Translations under genes and position numbers: made by a program
Shown here: in pieces, positions 62,972 through 64,000 of the stretch
How the letters are laid out: each line of letters starts with the position of its first letter
How positions within the stretch are numbered: position 1 is the first letter of the stretch
The notes under the pieces: model-generated
What the model was told of the DNA's origin: nothing
Seen by the model: only the letters and a program-made list of their open reading frames with translations
Database searches by the model: none
From: an uncultured Methylomirabilota bacterium
GTDB taxonomy: Bacteria; Methylomirabilota; Methylomirabilia; Methylomirabilales; 2-02-FULL-66-22
Reading direction: 5' to 3'
DNA: 64,000 bases
Assembly: GCA_963845565.1 (NCBI GenBank)
Contig: CAWJSJ010000002.1
Location: forward strand, 672,001 to 736,000

Positions 62972-63387
62972 AGCCGGTTCCTGGTCACGTCGGGAGGGCA
63001 TGCGAGTTCCTGAGCAGGTAAGCATTGCGCACCCGAGACGGTTGGACAACTGGGGCAGAGGGGTCTCTCGGTCGTCCGGAAGAGCGGACGGGCGAGGTAC
63101 GACCCCTCTGCCCTTTTTTGATGTGCGCCCCGCACGCCGGACGCGGGCCTGGGCATGGGGCGGCGCGGCGGTCGTTTCCGTCTCGGCGAGAGGCGGAGAG
63201 GCGGGATGCATCCTGGTGACGAAAACCGCAACCCTGGGCGTCTGATTCGGCGGAATCGCCCAGTGCGTTGATGTACTCTTGCTTTATCGGGCTCATGGTA
63301 TCGAGAACCCCGGTGGACATCTCGATGCCGTCGCTGTGGGCGCCAATGAAGACGCCCAGGCACTAACATCCGGGGCGGAGGGAACCC

Positions 63388-64000
63388 ATGAACAGACAGT
63401 GGGGACCGACAGCGTGGCGGCGGATGCTGGTCATCGCTCTGGCTCTTGGGATCGCCGGGCTATGGAGCGGAACGGCGCGCCGCGGCCTGGGAGCCGACCA
63501 AGCCGGTGGAGTTCAACGTGCCGCCGGCACCGGGGGCGGGGCCGACATCATGGCCCGCTTCATTTCCCCGCTCTTCCAGAAGAACAAAATCACGGACAAG
63601 CCATTTATCGTGACCAACCGGTCGGGCGGTGCGGGAGCGGAGGGCTTCCTGCACGTGAAGGGCAAGGCGGGCGACGACCATACGATCGTCATCACCCTGG
63701 ACAACCTCTTCACGACGCCGCTAGCGACGGGCATACCCTTCAACTGGAAAGACCTCACCCCGATCAGCCGGCTGGCCCTCGACTACTTCGTCCTCTGGGT
63801 GAACGCCGAGAGCCCGTACAAGACGGCCAAGGAGTACTTCGACGCCGTCAAGAAGGAGCCCGGCAAGTTCAAGATGGCCGGGACCGGGACCAAGCAGGAG
63901 GACCAGATCGTCACCGTCCAGTTGGAGCAGGCGTTCGGCGTCGAAGTGGGCCTACGTGCCCTTCAAGGGCGGCGGCGAGGTGTGCGTGGAGTTGGTGGGC
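63388..64000 (+). CDS. Tripartite tricarboxylate transporter substrate-binding protein (TctC/Bug), with indels and truncated by the window end
   Basis: Signal peptide, WEPTKPVEF, GGADIMARF, NRSGGAGAEG, WKDLTPISRL, GTGTKQED, YVPFKGGGE, pieced together across frames. Confidence 0.85.
   Translation, partial: MNRQWGPTAWRRMLVIALALGIAGLWSGTARRGLGADQAGGVQRAAGTGGGADIMARFISPLFQKNKITDKPFIVTNRSGGAGAEGFLHVKGKAGDDHTIVITLDNLFTTPLATGIPFNWKDLTPISRLALDYFVLWVNAESPYKTAKEYFDAVKKEPGKFKMAGTGTKQEDQIVTVQLEQAFGVEVGLRALQGRRRGVRGVGG

Overview
This is a 64 kb GC-rich bacterial chromosomal segment, probably from an anaerobic or facultative diderm. It carries many single-base indels in short base runs that look like assembly errors. 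The left 16 kb is accessory and housekeeping DNA: an S9 peptidase, a MoxR-DUF58-DUF4129 triad, small secreted proteins, M28 peptidase, nitroreductase, MFS and an enolase-superfamily enzyme. Mobile-element debris is scattered through it (tRNA 3' fragments, an excisionase-like remnant, an internally deleted RAYT). Three loci stand out. (1) 16.8-21.0 kb: a five-gene operon with a putative sigma54 promoter. It encodes DUF4388/roadblock/winged-helix proteins and a Cache-HAMP membrane receptor with no kinase or other output domain and no GTPase. It lies between a rubrerythrin gene and a half-rubrerythrin paralog. (2) 32.8-53.5 kb: a co-oriented electron-transfer cluster of ahbD-like/hemB/hemL, a triheme c7, a Bfu/NfnABC-like bifurcating complex, a 13-heme CbcL-like protein, a CXXCH-bearing sensor kinase with a sigma54 activator, and an MtrA/DmsE-MtrB conduit with a readable sigma54 promoter and enhancer sites. 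(3) 56.5-64 kb: a FadR-type regulator, a Cdc48-like AAA+ ATPase, a four-gene oxalate oxidoreductase-like enzyme (YPIRP signature) and a TctC-type binding protein. At least four families of short palindromic intergenic repeats are present, one with compensatory base changes. No rRNA, intact tRNA or CRISPR array was seen. All family calls come from motif recognition by eye, not from database searches.
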